In this document: piece by piece, positions 53,942-63,344 of the stretch
Layout of the letters: the number at the start of each line of letters is the position of its first letter
Position numbering within the stretch: the stretch's first letter is position 1
Assembly: GCA_964415065.1 (NCBI GenBank)
Contig: CAYPYX010000010.1
Span: 864-64,863, forward strand
Direction of reading: 5' to 3'
Length of the DNA stretch: 64,000 nucleotides
From: an uncultured Rhizobium sp.
Lineage (GTDB): Bacteria > Bacteroidota > Bacteroidia > NS11-12g > UBA955
The notes under the pieces: model-generated
Told to the model about the DNA's origin: nothing
The model's database searches: none
What the model saw: only the letters and a program-made list of their open reading frames with translations
Made by a program: the position numbers and the translations under genes

Positions 53942-56752
53942 TTATTTGATTTGGATCATTTTGGTGCTAACGCCAAGATTAGTATTAAGTTGAATCAAAT
54001 AGATTCCCGGAGTTAAGTTAGTTGCGTCAATCGAATTGTTCATATTCATTTTGCCTTTAGAAATAATCTTTCCGTCAATTCCAAGAATTAAATAGTTTGA
54101 AATACTCATACTTCCATTCGTTGCAACTTGAATATTCCCATCGATACTGGGGTTAGGGTAAAGAACAACTTGTTCTTGCCAGTTTGTAGTTGTAGTGCTT
54201 GCGCTTTTATCTATTCCAGTGAAGATTAAGTCAAATCGGGTTGATGTGTTTGCACCCGTTTCAGCAATAGAGTAATTATAAATAAAGTTGTCAGTTACTG
54301 TATTCAGCTTGCCTGTGTGCTTATCTAAAAGTTGAACGGTATAGTTAGAATTTCCTGAAGAGCAATAATTAAAAACTAAACGAAGGTTTTTGGATCCGTC
54401 TTTAGGGTAAGCCACTTTTAAAGCTTGAGTATATGTTTGACCAACAGAAGCAAGTTTTGCTTTTCTATCGATTGAATACCAATTGCCATTACTTGAAATG
54501 GATCCAATTCCTAAATAACCAGCATAAAACTTAGGAACATCAGCAAAATCATCTCCATTGGTAATATCTGATTGTTCCAAATCAAATTTCATTTCAAATC
54601 CGTCTTGTTCAACAGCAGAGTCTTCTTGATAACGCATTTGGATTTTTAATTCATCACATGAAATTTCATTTAATTCTTGAACACCAAAATGCTTTGTAAT
54701 AGAACGCGAATAAGGAGTTTTTATATCTTCTGTGAAGGACAAAGTTGCATTGTTGTTTCTAGCGAAAACGAAGAACGCTGAGCCAGGAGCAGCAAATCGA
54801 GCGCGGCCTGAAGCACCATTGGTGTTACCCGTGAAATGAGCCGCACCACTACGACCTGGAGTACCTGCAGATGAGCTGTCCCAAGTGTTATATGTTTTGG
54901 AAATAGCATCGTAAAAATAGAAACGAGGATAAATGGAGTTTTTATTAGTTCCTGATTCGTACAAAGCTCTTAAATTAATGGTTGATGGATATGGATTTCC
55001 GACTAAATTAGCTCCATTTAACGAAGTGTTAGCACCAGATGTTAGATTAAGAGTTACCGATGTGTTTCCAGTATGTAATTGACCTTTGAAGTCAATTGGT
55101 GTTGAGTTGGCTGCAATAGAGGTATCACCTAGTCCCCAATCTGCATTTTTAGTTCCGCGATAGAAAATTAAAGCACCTTGACCTAAGGACAACGTATTAC
55201 CTGAAGTGGTAGATTTAACTGAACTCCAGTTTTGAGTAGACTGATTCCAAAGGAATACAGATGATTTACAATATGAGCACTTAGTTGTGAATGAGTCTTG
55301 ATTGTCACCCAAATCGTCAACGTTTCCTGTTAAATGGATGTTGTCTGCAAACTGTGATAAACGGGTACCGTTGGCCAATGGAATTCCATAAGCTCTGTAG
55401 GCTCTTCTCGTCGAATTGTAAATTTCAAATAAAACTCCACCAGTAATTGAACTTGTTGAAGGTAAAGCAGCTAATTGTCCATAAGCATTTGTAATAGCTT
55501 TTTCTGCCCATTTGAACTGCAAATTAGGAATCCAACTATTGAACTGAGCTTCTGAGTTCCCAGCTGGAGAATTTGAAACTAATGTAGTGTTTGGGTTGAT
55601 TTTTAAAACTGAAAACAACGGTAAAGTGCGATTTAAAGTAAAGGTGCTAACTGTTGAACCAACACCATTTCCAATTTCAACATTCATCAATGAATCGATA
55701 TATAAAATTCCACCTGTACCATTTAGAGATTGTGCTCTTCCATCCAGATATAATGTGTTGGTTGCAGATGGTTTGAATGATAAGGATCCACCTACCGTGT
55801 GAATATTGCCACTTAATCGATGTGTTCCACTACCAATAAATTCTACAATACCGTTAGAAGTAGTTACGCGGCCATTCATGTCAAGCGTATTTGTTCCTGC
55901 TACATTGATGGATAGTTTTGAAGATGAAATTCCGTTTTGACTTGCAGAAGGACCAGAAAAGCGAGCGAAAGAATTGGTATCCAATATGAAATCATGTCCA
56001 TCCAAATTCGATCCAGTAGCACCAATTTGCCAATTGGCAGCATTGGTAGTACATTTAAAATCTACGTGGTTGTAGGGTTTAATGATGAATTGTCCAATTT
56101 GTTCGGTTACACCCGATATATCAATGGTGGTTTTCTGGATATTGGTGAAATCCCCCAAGTCTACCAATAAAATATCATCCACTGCCGGAGTAGTTCTTAC
56201 TGGACTCCAGTTGTTGTCTCTATCATATGTAGAATCCACCCCAGATGTTCCCACCCAGGTGTAAACACCTTTATTTGTAACTTGTATTGAAGCATTGATG
56301 GTAAAGGATGGCGTAAAAGAAGAACAGTTACCCCCAACTCCAATATACACCGAAGTGGTAAAAGTACCTGTTGATGTTGGCACGAATCTTAATTTTACAG
56401 TTTCAGTCGTTCTCGCACCGCCGTTGTGAGGGACCTGAGCTGCTCTACAAAATTTTTGCCATCCATTAGATCCAGAAGAACCAAATAGTACTTCCCATCC
56501 TGTATTACCTGAAGATTCAGAAAATAACAATTTATCATTCCCAGAAAAATTTTCATAAGTTACTAAAATGGTTTTCTCAATGGTTGTGCCAGCAGTTGTG
56601 GATGTAATCCACTCCAAGCCGTAGGTATTGTTAGCTGTGGCAGATGTGGCGCCGTTAGCTACAACACTTACAATGTTGCCCGCTTTTGAAAACGTGAATG
56701 CACAAAGCACCAAAAGTGTAGAAGCTAACTGCTTGAAAAATTTATGTTTCAT
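53942..56752 (-). CDS. Large T9SS type A sorting-domain surface protein
   Basis: Signal peptide, long beta-rich body, and C-terminus VVLYPNPSIDGNIQV...LTPGIYLIQLNTNLGVSTKMIQIK. Confidence 0.85.
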   Translation of the reverse strand: MKHKFFKQLASTLLVLCAFTFSKAGNIVSVVANGATSATANNTYGLEWITSTTAGTTIEKTILVTYENFSGNDKLLFSESSGNTGWEVLFGSSGSNGWQKFCRAAQVPHNGGARTTETVKLRFVPTSTGTFTTSVYIGVGGNCSSFTPSFTINASIQVTNKGVYTWVGTSGVDSTYDRDNNWSPVRTTPAVDDILLVDLGDFTNIQKTTIDISGVTEQIGQFIIKPYNHVDFKCTTNAANWQIGATGSNLDGHDFILDTNSFARFSGPSASQNGISSSKLSINVAGTNTLDMNGRVTTSNGIVEFIGSGTHRLSGNIHTVGGSLSFKPSATNTLYLDGRAQSLNGTGGILYIDSLMNVEIGNGVGSTVSTFTLNRTLPLFSVLKINPNTTLVSNSPAGNSEAQFNSWIPNLQFKWAEKAITNAYGQLAALPSTSSITGGVLFEIYNSTRRAYRAYGIPLANGTRLSQFADNIHLTGNVDDLGDNQDSFTTKCSYCKSSVFLWNQSTQNWSSVKSTTSGNTLSLGQGALIFYRGTKNADWGLGDTSIAANSTPIDFKGQLHTGNTSVTLNLTSGANTSLNGANLVGNPYPSTINLRALYESGTNKNSIYPRFYFYDAISKTYNTWDSSSAGTPGRSGAAHFTGNTNGASGRARFAAPGSAFFVFARNNNATLSFTEDIKTPYSRSITKHFGVQELNEISCDELKIQMRYQEDSAVEQDGFEMKFDLEQSDITNGDDFADVPKFYAGYLGIGSISSNGNWYSIDRKAKLASVGQTYTQALKVAYPKDGSKNLRLVFNYCSSGNSNYTVQLLDKHTGKLNTVTDNFIYNYSIAETGANTSTRFDLIFTGIDKSASTTTTNWQEQVVLYPNPSIDGNIQVATNGSMSISNYLILGIDGKIISKGKMNMNNSIDATNLTPGIYLIQLNTNLGVSTKMIQIK

Positions 56753-57000
56753 AGATTTGAAGATTCTAAGTAGGGTTTAAATCAAATACAAAAATAGTAT
56801 GATTTTGTTAATTTCATGGTCGATTTTGAGATTACTTATGTTTTAATTGTCACATTGTGTCATATGTATAAGATTCATGTACTTGGGTTAAAATTTCTTC
56901 ATGATTTCAATGAGTTAGGATTTAGCAAATTGAAAGATCAAAAAATAATGGTTACAAAGAATGTTACATCTCGGATTCTAATGTAGTCCTTAAGTTCAGA

Positions 57001-57393
57001 TTAATTGACACTGTTCAAATTCTCCCAAAATTCAACGGCTCTTCTTGTATGGGGAATTACAATTGTGCCACCTACAATATTTGCTACAGCTAAAATTTCA
57101 AATAGTTCCTCCGTTGATGTATGTTGTTCATAACATTTTTCTAAATGATATTTTACGCAGTCATCACAGCGTAGGACCAAAGAAGCAACCAATCCCAACA
57201 TTTCTTTTGTTTTTACATCTAAAGCGCCCGGAGAATAGGTTTGAGTATCTAGGTTGAAAAGTCTTTTCAAAACCAGATTGTCTGAATTGAGAATTTTCTC
57301 ATTCATTTTCGCTCGATATTCATTGAATTCAGTTACAGCAGCATTTTTGTTTGTCATGTTCTTGGGATGGTTATTTTGTTTATTGAGATACAA
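57001..57393 (-). CDS. Carboxymuconolactone decarboxylase (AhpD-like) family protein
   Basis: KEMLGLVASLVLRCDDCVKYHLEKC is the CMD-domain CxxC helix. Confidence 0.87.
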   Translation of the reverse strand: MYLNKQNNHPKNMTNKNAAVTEFNEYRAKMNEKILNSDNLVLKRLFNLDTQTYSPGALDVKTKEMLGLVASLVLRCDDCVKYHLEKCYEQHTSTEELFEILAVANIVGGTIVIPHTRRAVEFWENLNSVN

Positions 57394-57503
57394 ATTAAAA
57401 AAATATTTTCAATTTTTCTTGGAAGATAAAAGGAATATCGTATTTTTGCAGTCCCGTTTAAGAATACACATTGATTTATTAATGCGTATACATTAAGCAA
57501 AAA

Positions 57504-57576
57504 GGTATCGTAGCTCAGTTGGTAGAGCAAAGGACTGAAAATCCTTGTGTCGGCGGTTCGATTCCGTCCGATACCA
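57504..57576 (+). tRNA. tRNA-Phe(GAA): tRNA-Phe (anticodon GAA)
   Basis: Hand-folded cloverleaf: GGTATCG TA GCTC AGTTGGTA GAGC A AAGGA CTGAAAA TCCTT GTGTC GGCGG TTCGATT CCGTC CGATACC A. CCA is not encoded. Confidence 0.95.
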
Positions 57577-57580
57577 CAAA

Positions 57581-57607
57581 AAGGCCACCCATGAGGTGGC
57601 TTTTTTT
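57581..57607 (+). terminator. Rho-independent terminator after tRNA-Phe
   Basis: Stem gccacc / ggtggc with loop catga, followed by T7. Confidence 0.8.
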
Positions 57608-57639
57608 ATGTCCTTTTCGAATGTTTTGTATAACTTTGA

Positions 57640-58080
57640 TTGATGTCTGAAAATAAAATTTATCCTTGCTTATGGTTTAATCAACAGGCTAGAGCAGCAG
57701 CGGATTGGTATGTTGCGATTTTTGAAGAATCTAAAATAGTAACAGATAATGGCCTGGTAGTGATATTTGAAATTAGAGGAACAAAAATTATGGCCCTGAA
57801 CGGAGGTCCAGAATTTCAATTCAATGAATCCATTTCAATGGTGGTGAATTGTGAAAACCAAGAGGAAGTAGATAAATACTGGTATGCCCTTATTTCCAAT
57901 GGTGGGATAGAAAGTCAGTGTGGTTGGTTGAAAGACAAGTTTGGGGTTTCTTGGCAAATTGTCCCAAAGGAATTAGGGGAATGGATAGGAAATCCCGATC
58001 CAGAAGTTCGAAACTATGCAATTTCGTCTCTAATGAAGATGAAAAGGATAATTATTGAAGATTTAAAGTATTCTGGTTAG
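57640..58080 (+). CDS. VOC-superfamily protein (PhnB / 3-demethylubiquinone-9 3-methyltransferase-like domain)
   Basis: KIYPCLWFNQQARAAADWYVAIFEESKI...CGWLKDKFGVSWQIVP is typical of this family. Confidence 0.85.
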   Translation: MMSENKIYPCLWFNQQARAAADWYVAIFEESKIVTDNGLVVIFEIRGTKIMALNGGPEFQFNESISMVVNCENQEEVDKYWYALISNGGIESQCGWLKDKFGVSWQIVPKELGEWIGNPDPEVRNYAISSLMKMKRIIIEDLKYSG

Positions 58081-58094
58081 CATCAAACGTTTTT

Positions 58095-58134
58095 GTTATA
58101 CCGCAGTTGGAATTGTTATACTGCAGTTGGAATT
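58095..58134. repeat. 2 x 20-nt tandem direct repeat between convergent genes
   Basis: gttataccgcagttggaatt (58095..58114) and gttatactgcagttggaatt (58115..58134) differ by one mismatch. Confidence 0.9.
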
Positions 58135-58136
58135 AT

Positions 58137-58583
58137 TTAATGTAGACTTCTATACTTTATCCAGAAGGGTAGCAAAGCCATGGGGAAGTATGCCAAGCCC
58201 AAATCTGCTAAAATAAACCACCAGGGAGAAGGTATCATAAATACCATAGATAATCCACCTAAAAAGAATAACCCTCCGACAATTAGTGAACGGATGAATA
58301 ATGCTTGTCGCTCCTTAAAGAAAAATAATAAAACCAAAGCACTGACGAGTGTGCCCAGTGCATGTGCAAGAAACGGCATAATAAAATGCTTAGGTTGCAT
58401 TAATTCAGCTGCTGCTTTTAACCCTGCTTCAGTTGTAAAGTCCGCACCAGTTGGCGGTGGAATTACAGTAGGGCTTATTTCAATAATTTTACCGTTTACA
58501 AATGCTCCAATAAACAAAGCAATAATTACGTAAAGACTATTTTTGATTAAATTGATCAAATGTGTTTTTTTAGGTTGACTCAT
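58137..58583 (-). CDS. Hypothetical membrane protein (four TM helices)
   Basis: ORF with hydrophobic helices. No family recognised. Confidence 0.6.
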   Translation of the reverse strand: MSQPKKTHLINLIKNSLYVIIALFIGAFVNGKIIEISPTVIPPPTGADFTTEAGLKAAAELMQPKHFIMPFLAHALGTLVSALVLLFFFKERQALFIRSLIVGGLFFLGGLSMVFMIPSPWWFILADLGLAYFPMALLPFWIKYRSLH

Positions 58584-58657
58584 TGAAATGCTAAATTAGA
58601 AAGCGAATATACTGAATTCAAGATGAACTTAAATCAAGCTAAGTTGTTCTTTAATCT

Positions 58658-59110
58658 ATGAAACGACTTGAATTTGTTCAGGAACTGCCAATTACCTTAG
58701 AAGAAGCGTGGAAGTTTTTTTCTTCACCCAAGAATTTGAATGAAATCACCCCTGAAGATATGGTGTTCAAAATCACTTCAAATCCGCCAGAAGAAATGTA
58801 TCCTGGCTTGTTTATAACTTACAAAATTTCACCTTTTTTAGGAATACAAATGGATTGGTGCACTGAAATAACTCACGTTATAGATCGTCGGTATTTTGTA
58901 GATGAACAAAGAAAAGGTCCCTATAATATTTGGCATCATGAACACCATTTTGAAGAAATTCCAGGTGGAGTGAGAATGACAGATATTCTTCACTATGACA
59001 TAGGTAAGGGAATATTAGGAATTATTGCAGGTAAACTGTTTGTGGATCAAAAAGTGAAGGGTATTTTTGATTATCGTTACAAAAAGTTACAAAAATTATA
59101 TTCGAACTAG
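58658..59110 (+). CDS. SRPBCC-superfamily (cyclase/dehydrase-like) protein
   Basis: MKRLEFVQELPITLEEAWKFFSSPKNLNEITP... and WHHEHHFEE match the SRPBCC ligand-binding fold family. Confidence 0.78.
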   Translation: MKRLEFVQELPITLEEAWKFFSSPKNLNEITPEDMVFKITSNPPEEMYPGLFITYKISPFLGIQMDWCTEITHVIDRRYFVDEQRKGPYNIWHHEHHFEEIPGGVRMTDILHYDIGKGILGIIAGKLFVDQKVKGIFDYRYKKLQKLYSN

Positions 59111-59228
59111 CCCTAAACCGGGTTTTCAAGTTTTTAGATCAATCAATTATAGAGTACTTTTGTTGCACTATCCTATTCAACCGCTGATTTAGATTTTAAT
59201 TGAAAAGTTAAAATCAGAACGAATCAGA

Positions 59229-59837
59229 ATGCGAAAGTTGATGGTTGTTAAACTTATGAATCTTAATTATTTCTTTTCCAATCTCAAAAAAAGCACTTTT
59301 GACCAAATGAACAGCGGTCAAAAAATCTTTTTGAAGAATACAGCTATTTCCATTTTCTTGTGGATACTTATTGCTGATTGGTTAGTTATTCATAATTTTT
59401 TAATTGAAAATTTAGCTAAAGCTTCAGCTTTAGCTGTTGAGTTTTTTACGGGTGAGAGGCCTACCATATTTTGTTTTAATAAACCAAATGGTGGTGGGGA
59501 GATTTTAAGCAATGTAAAAGATGCTCGGGGATATGTAAGGATTGGTTCTCCATGTGATGCTTGGGAACTGTATTACCTTGGTGTTGCATTTATATGGGTT
59601 TTCCCTCAAGGCACGTGGAAACGGAAATTGATGTATTCCTTAATAATTCTTTTCGTTTTATATGTAACCAACATATTACGCGTTGCTGGTTTATTCCAAA
59701 TTTCAAAGGATCATCCCGATTGGTTTCATGTTTTCCATAAGACCATTTTTCAGTTTGTTGTATATGCTATCATGTTTATTGTATGGATTTTTTATTTGAG
59801 AAAAGCGAAACAAAGAGAATTCTCCGCAAAAGCGTAA
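59229..59837 (+). CDS. xrtF: Exosortase family protein XrtF
   Basis: Polytopic. Exosortase-type Cys...Arg...His spacing: GSPCDAWE, then ~45 aa, then TNILRVAG, then ~20 aa, then WFHVFHKTIF. The size and Bacteroidota context fit XrtF. The start codon is uncertain. Confidence 0.72.
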   Translation: MRKLMVVKLMNLNYFFSNLKKSTFDQMNSGQKIFLKNTAISIFLWILIADWLVIHNFLIENLAKASALAVEFFTGERPTIFCFNKPNGGGEILSNVKDARGYVRIGSPCDAWELYYLGVAFIWVFPQGTWKRKLMYSLIILFVLYVTNILRVAGLFQISKDHPDWFHVFHKTIFQFVVYAIMFIVWIFYLRKAKQREFSAKA

Positions 59838-60238
59838 AATATATCTTAGTGATCTGGTTGTTATTTGTTGGCTACGGATGGTTCAACAAGTATATGTTTG
59901 ATAGTTTTCATAAAGGTGGCATTTTCTCATGGCAACCTATGCGATTTATTATGCGAGAAATCGCTGTTTATGGCATCGGATGGATTGGTTATCATTTTGT
60001 CCATAAATATCTCAATCAACCTTTAAGAGTTCAATATTGGTTAATTCTTGCGGTGCTGGATGTGTATTGTGTAGTTGTTGCATTTTTTCGATTTAGCGTA
60101 GTCGACAATGCGTTTATGTTCAAAGCATACGATCAGGTATTGAGTTTGATAACTTCGCCTTTGTATTTTATTTTTTTTCTAGCCTATAGCCTGGTGTTCC
60201 AAATGGAAGATAAACCTAAAGCTGAGCAAAATTCTTAA
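59783..60238 (+). CDS. Exosortase F system-associated membrane protein (candidate)
   Basis: About 150-aa multi-TM protein immediately after XrtF, overlapping it by 55 nt. The call rests on the known obligate pairing of XrtF with such a gene. Confidence 0.55.
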   Translation: MDFLFEKSETKRILRKSVKYILVIWLLFVGYGWFNKYMFDSFHKGGIFSWQPMRFIMREIAVYGIGWIGYHFVHKYLNQPLRVQYWLILAVLDVYCVVVAFFRFSVVDNAFMFKAYDQVLSLITSPLYFIFFLAYSLVFQMEDKPKAEQNS

Positions 60239-60303
60239 TTCGATTATTCTGAGATTTAGTTAAGTTTTATCAAAAAAATGGCCTGGACATTGTACATTGC
60301 AAT

Positions 60304-61425
60304 GTGAATTTTCTCAAGACCACGGACTGTTTGAAATTAATTCCTTCAAAAACAACGCTCATTATTGCTGTTTTATGTCTCTCAAATCCTATTTGCAGCC
60401 AATCTTTTATTGATGCAAAATTATTATACGGGAAAATGGTCCCCCATTCGATTTATACTGAACCTTTAGCGGCAACAGTTTCAGGTATTCAATTGGATGC
60501 AGATTGGGAAATCCCTATAGAACGTCGTCCTATTTATCAAAAAAAGAAGAAGTATTATAGTCAACCGCATTTGGGTGTATCATTGCTAGCAATGGACATG
60601 GGAATTCGTACTACGGGTTCACAATTTGGTATGGCTGTATCCGTGGGTGGAATTCGTCCTTTTTCAGACAAATTTGGCATTAGATGGCGTTTTGCACACG
60701 GTATCTCATACCTTACAGAAAAATACGATACGAGTATGGAGCCAATTAATTATGGCATAGGTTCCCATATTAACTATATGGGTGTACTAACCGGAGAGTT
60801 CCGATTTAAATTCACGCAATATTTAGGTATGAATCTGGGTTTGAATCTGACCCATTGCTCCAATGGGAATTATAAAAAGCCCAATGTTGGACTCAATGCA
60901 ATAAATGGCAGTTTTGGCTTGTCATATTCACCCCATTCAAATCGCACTGAGGGAAAAAGATTATATCGGCTTAAGCATAAGTATTTTGCGTATCCCTATT
61001 CTTTGGGTGTAAAATTTGCTATTCGCGAACACTCATTGGAATTTCCACAACCATCAGCAATTTGGATATTTGATTTTAATTATCGAGTCCAAAAAAACGC
61101 AAATGGTTATTGGGATTACGGCATAGAATTATTTTCAGATCCTAATTACTATTGGGATCAATTTGGGAATTTGTACGGGGTAGAAGCAAAAGATACAAGA
61201 GAAGTAGCTCTTAAGGTAGGGAAGGTATTTTTATTTGGGCGATTAGGACTGCGTTTTGATTTAGGTTATTATGCCTTGAAACCAGTGCATAGCGATAAGC
61301 CTTTGTTTTATAATGGATTGGGATGGGATTACAGATTGTCTCAGAATTGGATACTCCGAAACCGAATAAAAGCTCACTTGAATAAAGCTGATTTTATGGA
61401 ATGGGGTTTGAGTTATATTTGGTGA
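60304..61425 (+). CDS. Acyloxyacyl hydrolase (PagL-like lipid A deacylase family)
   Basis: Beta-barrel-like composition with LTHCSNGNYKKPNVGLN (PagL-type H-x-S-N-G catalytic motif). GTG start at 60304. Confidence 0.72.
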   Translation: MNFLKTTDCLKLIPSKTTLIIAVLCLSNPICSQSFIDAKLLYGKMVPHSIYTEPLAATVSGIQLDADWEIPIERRPIYQKKKKYYSQPHLGVSLLAMDMGIRTTGSQFGMAVSVGGIRPFSDKFGIRWRFAHGISYLTEKYDTSMEPINYGIGSHINYMGVLTGEFRFKFTQYLGMNLGLNLTHCSNGNYKKPNVGLNAINGSFGLSYSPHSNRTEGKRLYRLKHKYFAYPYSLGVKFAIREHSLEFPQPSAIWIFDFNYRVQKNANGYWDYGIELFSDPNYYWDQFGNLYGVEAKDTREVALKVGKVFLFGRLGLRFDLGYYALKPVHSDKPLFYNGLGWDYRLSQNWILRNRIKAHLNKADFMEWGLSYIW

Positions 61426-61626
61426 AAGAAGATTAGATAAAAATTGATCCCTTATCGATCCAACCCAATCAAATACACTCCAATACAATTGGAATTTTCT
61501 TTATTCATTCAAGTGTATTTATTCAATGAGTGAATTTATTCAATTTATTGTATTTGTCAAATTTAGTTACCAATTTGACCCATCTTAAAATGTGAAATAC
61601 AATAACATTGGTTGGGATTATTCCAA

Positions 61627-62310
61627 CTAGAAACGAACTCCTAAGCGAATTCCACTACTTCCCATTCCAAGTGAACCAAACGATGATAATTTCGTTTCGG
61701 TAGTAACACCTGAACGTGTAGACCAAACTTGTTGGTAACCATTAAACACACGTCCATAACCAAACGTTACTTCTGCACCTACAAAAATATTTTTTAATAA
61801 ATAGTAATCTGCACCAAATACGGCTCCTGCGCCCCAACCGAAACTTCCCGAAATATAATTGGTAAACAAGTCGCCTTGAGAATATACAAAACCATTGTAT
61901 GTATTAGTTCCTTCTTGAGAAGAACCTCCCGTTTGTATTTCTGCAACTAATCCCAAATATGGGGATAATTTATCGGTTCCCTTAAAATGGTGTTCAGCTC
62001 CAATTCCCCAATTTAGATTCCAAGTAGATTGAGTTAATGTACCATAATCATCCATAGCATTGTTGTAAATGCGACTTGAATTTTGGAATAAACTCGCTGC
62101 GATCTCAGTTCTTACTGCAAGATTAGGATTTAAAAAGTAGCGATATTTAATACTAGGTGCATCTAAAGTAATGGGCGCTGATCCAACTTGAAAGTTTAAA
62201 TTAACTTCTAAACTGTGTTTTTCAGTTTCTGGTTTGTTGATTTGAGCTTTTGATTTCATTGAAAATAAAGTCATCGCAACAAGCACAAGGGTAAATGATT
62301 TAGTTTTCAT
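61627..62310 (-). CDS. Outer-membrane beta-barrel protein (OMP_b-brl type)
   Basis: Signal peptide ending KSKAQ, alternating beta strands, and C-terminal SGIRLGVRF. Confidence 0.8.
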   Translation of the reverse strand: MKTKSFTLVLVAMTLFSMKSKAQINKPETEKHSLEVNLNFQVGSAPITLDAPSIKYRYFLNPNLAVRTEIAASLFQNSSRIYNNAMDDYGTLTQSTWNLNWGIGAEHHFKGTDKLSPYLGLVAEIQTGGSSQEGTNTYNGFVYSQGDLFTNYISGSFGWGAGAVFGADYYLLKNIFVGAEVTFGYGRVFNGYQQVWSTRSGVTTETKLSSFGSLGMGSSGIRLGVRF

Positions 62311-62375
62311 ATATTTTGTTTTCGGGGATAAATAGCTCTCAATTTACTATAATTTGTAAAAATAGATATTTTAAA

Positions 62376-63299
62376 TTAAAATTTATAGCCTAATCGGATG
62401 CCTTTAGAATAGGTTAAATGACCCTCAAATCCACCACCTGAGTAGAATCCATCTTGACTTTCAATGACAGTTCCTGCAGTGACTCTTTTGCCGGTATAAT
62501 CAGATTTTCGATTAGAAACACCAACCATAAGTTCAGCGCCAATATAAAATTGTGAATTCAGGTAATAATCCATGCCCAGTACACCGTTTATGAATAGAGC
62601 ACTTTCGGTTAATGATTTTTCATAGTTGTAACCTTGTGCGAAGTTTATTCCGTCTTTACTATTATTTGCACGAGTAGATTCTTTATCGTATAACCCCCCA
62701 ATTTCAAATCCTATGTAGGAATTAATTCTATTTGTGTGGTTGTAGTGCTCTTCAATTCCTCCCGCTATTAATAGTTGTTGACGGTCATATTTTACTTCTG
62801 CTCGAATGGTTTTATTCGGACTGATATCGTTTAAGTCGTTTTTTATGATTCCCGAAAATCTAACGCGATACGCACGTTTGTTGCTGTAAAAATATCTAGC
62901 TTTGAATTCGTCTACTCCAATACCAATCCCAGAGTTACCAATGTTAACCAATGCTTCAATATTATAATTTCCCTTTTTTTGTTTAGTGATTACTAAACTT
63001 GGATTGGAAATTGGTTGAATCAAAGTTGTTGGATTTGTTGATGCGGCGTTAGGTGGAGTAGTGACTGAAGAATTTGTGTTTATGGAGGATGTGTTTATTC
63101 CTGTACCACTTGGAATTACTTGAGTACTATTGTTTGAGGAAGTACCTAAAATGCTCGAATTCGGCTTAGTTGTAGAGGTAGAATTAGCCGGTTTGGATTC
63201 ATTCTCGGAGCCGGGTCGACGGATTTGTGCCGTTAATGAAGAATAAGAAGTAATACATCCCCAGAAAACTAAGAAATGGAGATTTTTTTTGAAGCTCAT
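62376..63299 (-). CDS. Outer-membrane beta-barrel protein with an S/T/N/P-rich N-terminal linker
   Basis: Signal peptide, ~100-aa low-complexity region (SSNNSTQVIPSGTGINTSSINTNSSVTTPPNAAST), and a barrel ending KGIRLGYKF. Looks like a paralogue of the neighbouring gene. Confidence 0.8.
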   Translation of the reverse strand: MSFKKNLHFLVFWGCITSYSSLTAQIRRPGSENESKPANSTSTTKPNSSILGTSSNNSTQVIPSGTGINTSSINTNSSVTTPPNAASTNPTTLIQPISNPSLVITKQKKGNYNIEALVNIGNSGIGIGVDEFKARYFYSNKRAYRVRFSGIIKNDLNDISPNKTIRAEVKYDRQQLLIAGGIEEHYNHTNRINSYIGFEIGGLYDKESTRANNSKDGINFAQGYNYEKSLTESALFINGVLGMDYYLNSQFYIGAELMVGVSNRKSDYTGKRVTAGTVIESQDGFYSGGGFEGHLTYSKGIRLGYKF

Positions 63300-63344
63300 A
63301 GTATTACAAAGGTAGTAATTTATATTTAATCGTATTTTTGAGGA

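Noticed and set aside
57441-57448. tatttttg matching the Bacteroidota -7 promoter consensus TAnnTTTG upstream of tRNA-Phe.
   Set aside because: It lies ~56 nt before the mature 5' end. In AT-rich DNA such an 8-mer is expected by chance, so it is not reported as a feature without transcription-start data.
57504-57607. tRNA-Phe considered as an integration hotspot for a genomic island.
   Set aside because: No integrase is adjacent. I did not spot a second copy of the tRNA 3' end (ggttcgattccgtccgatacca) elsewhere in the window. The flanking genes look like ordinary housekeeping or small-enzyme genes.
39311-57607. Recurrent aaaaaggccacc...ggtggcc(t)tttt hairpins at ~39.3, 53.7 and 57.6 kb, considered as a dispersed repeat family (REP/MITE-like).
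   Set aside because: Only the short GGCCAC stem and the A/T runs are shared, and the loops and flanks differ. Each sits exactly where a Rho-independent terminator is expected.
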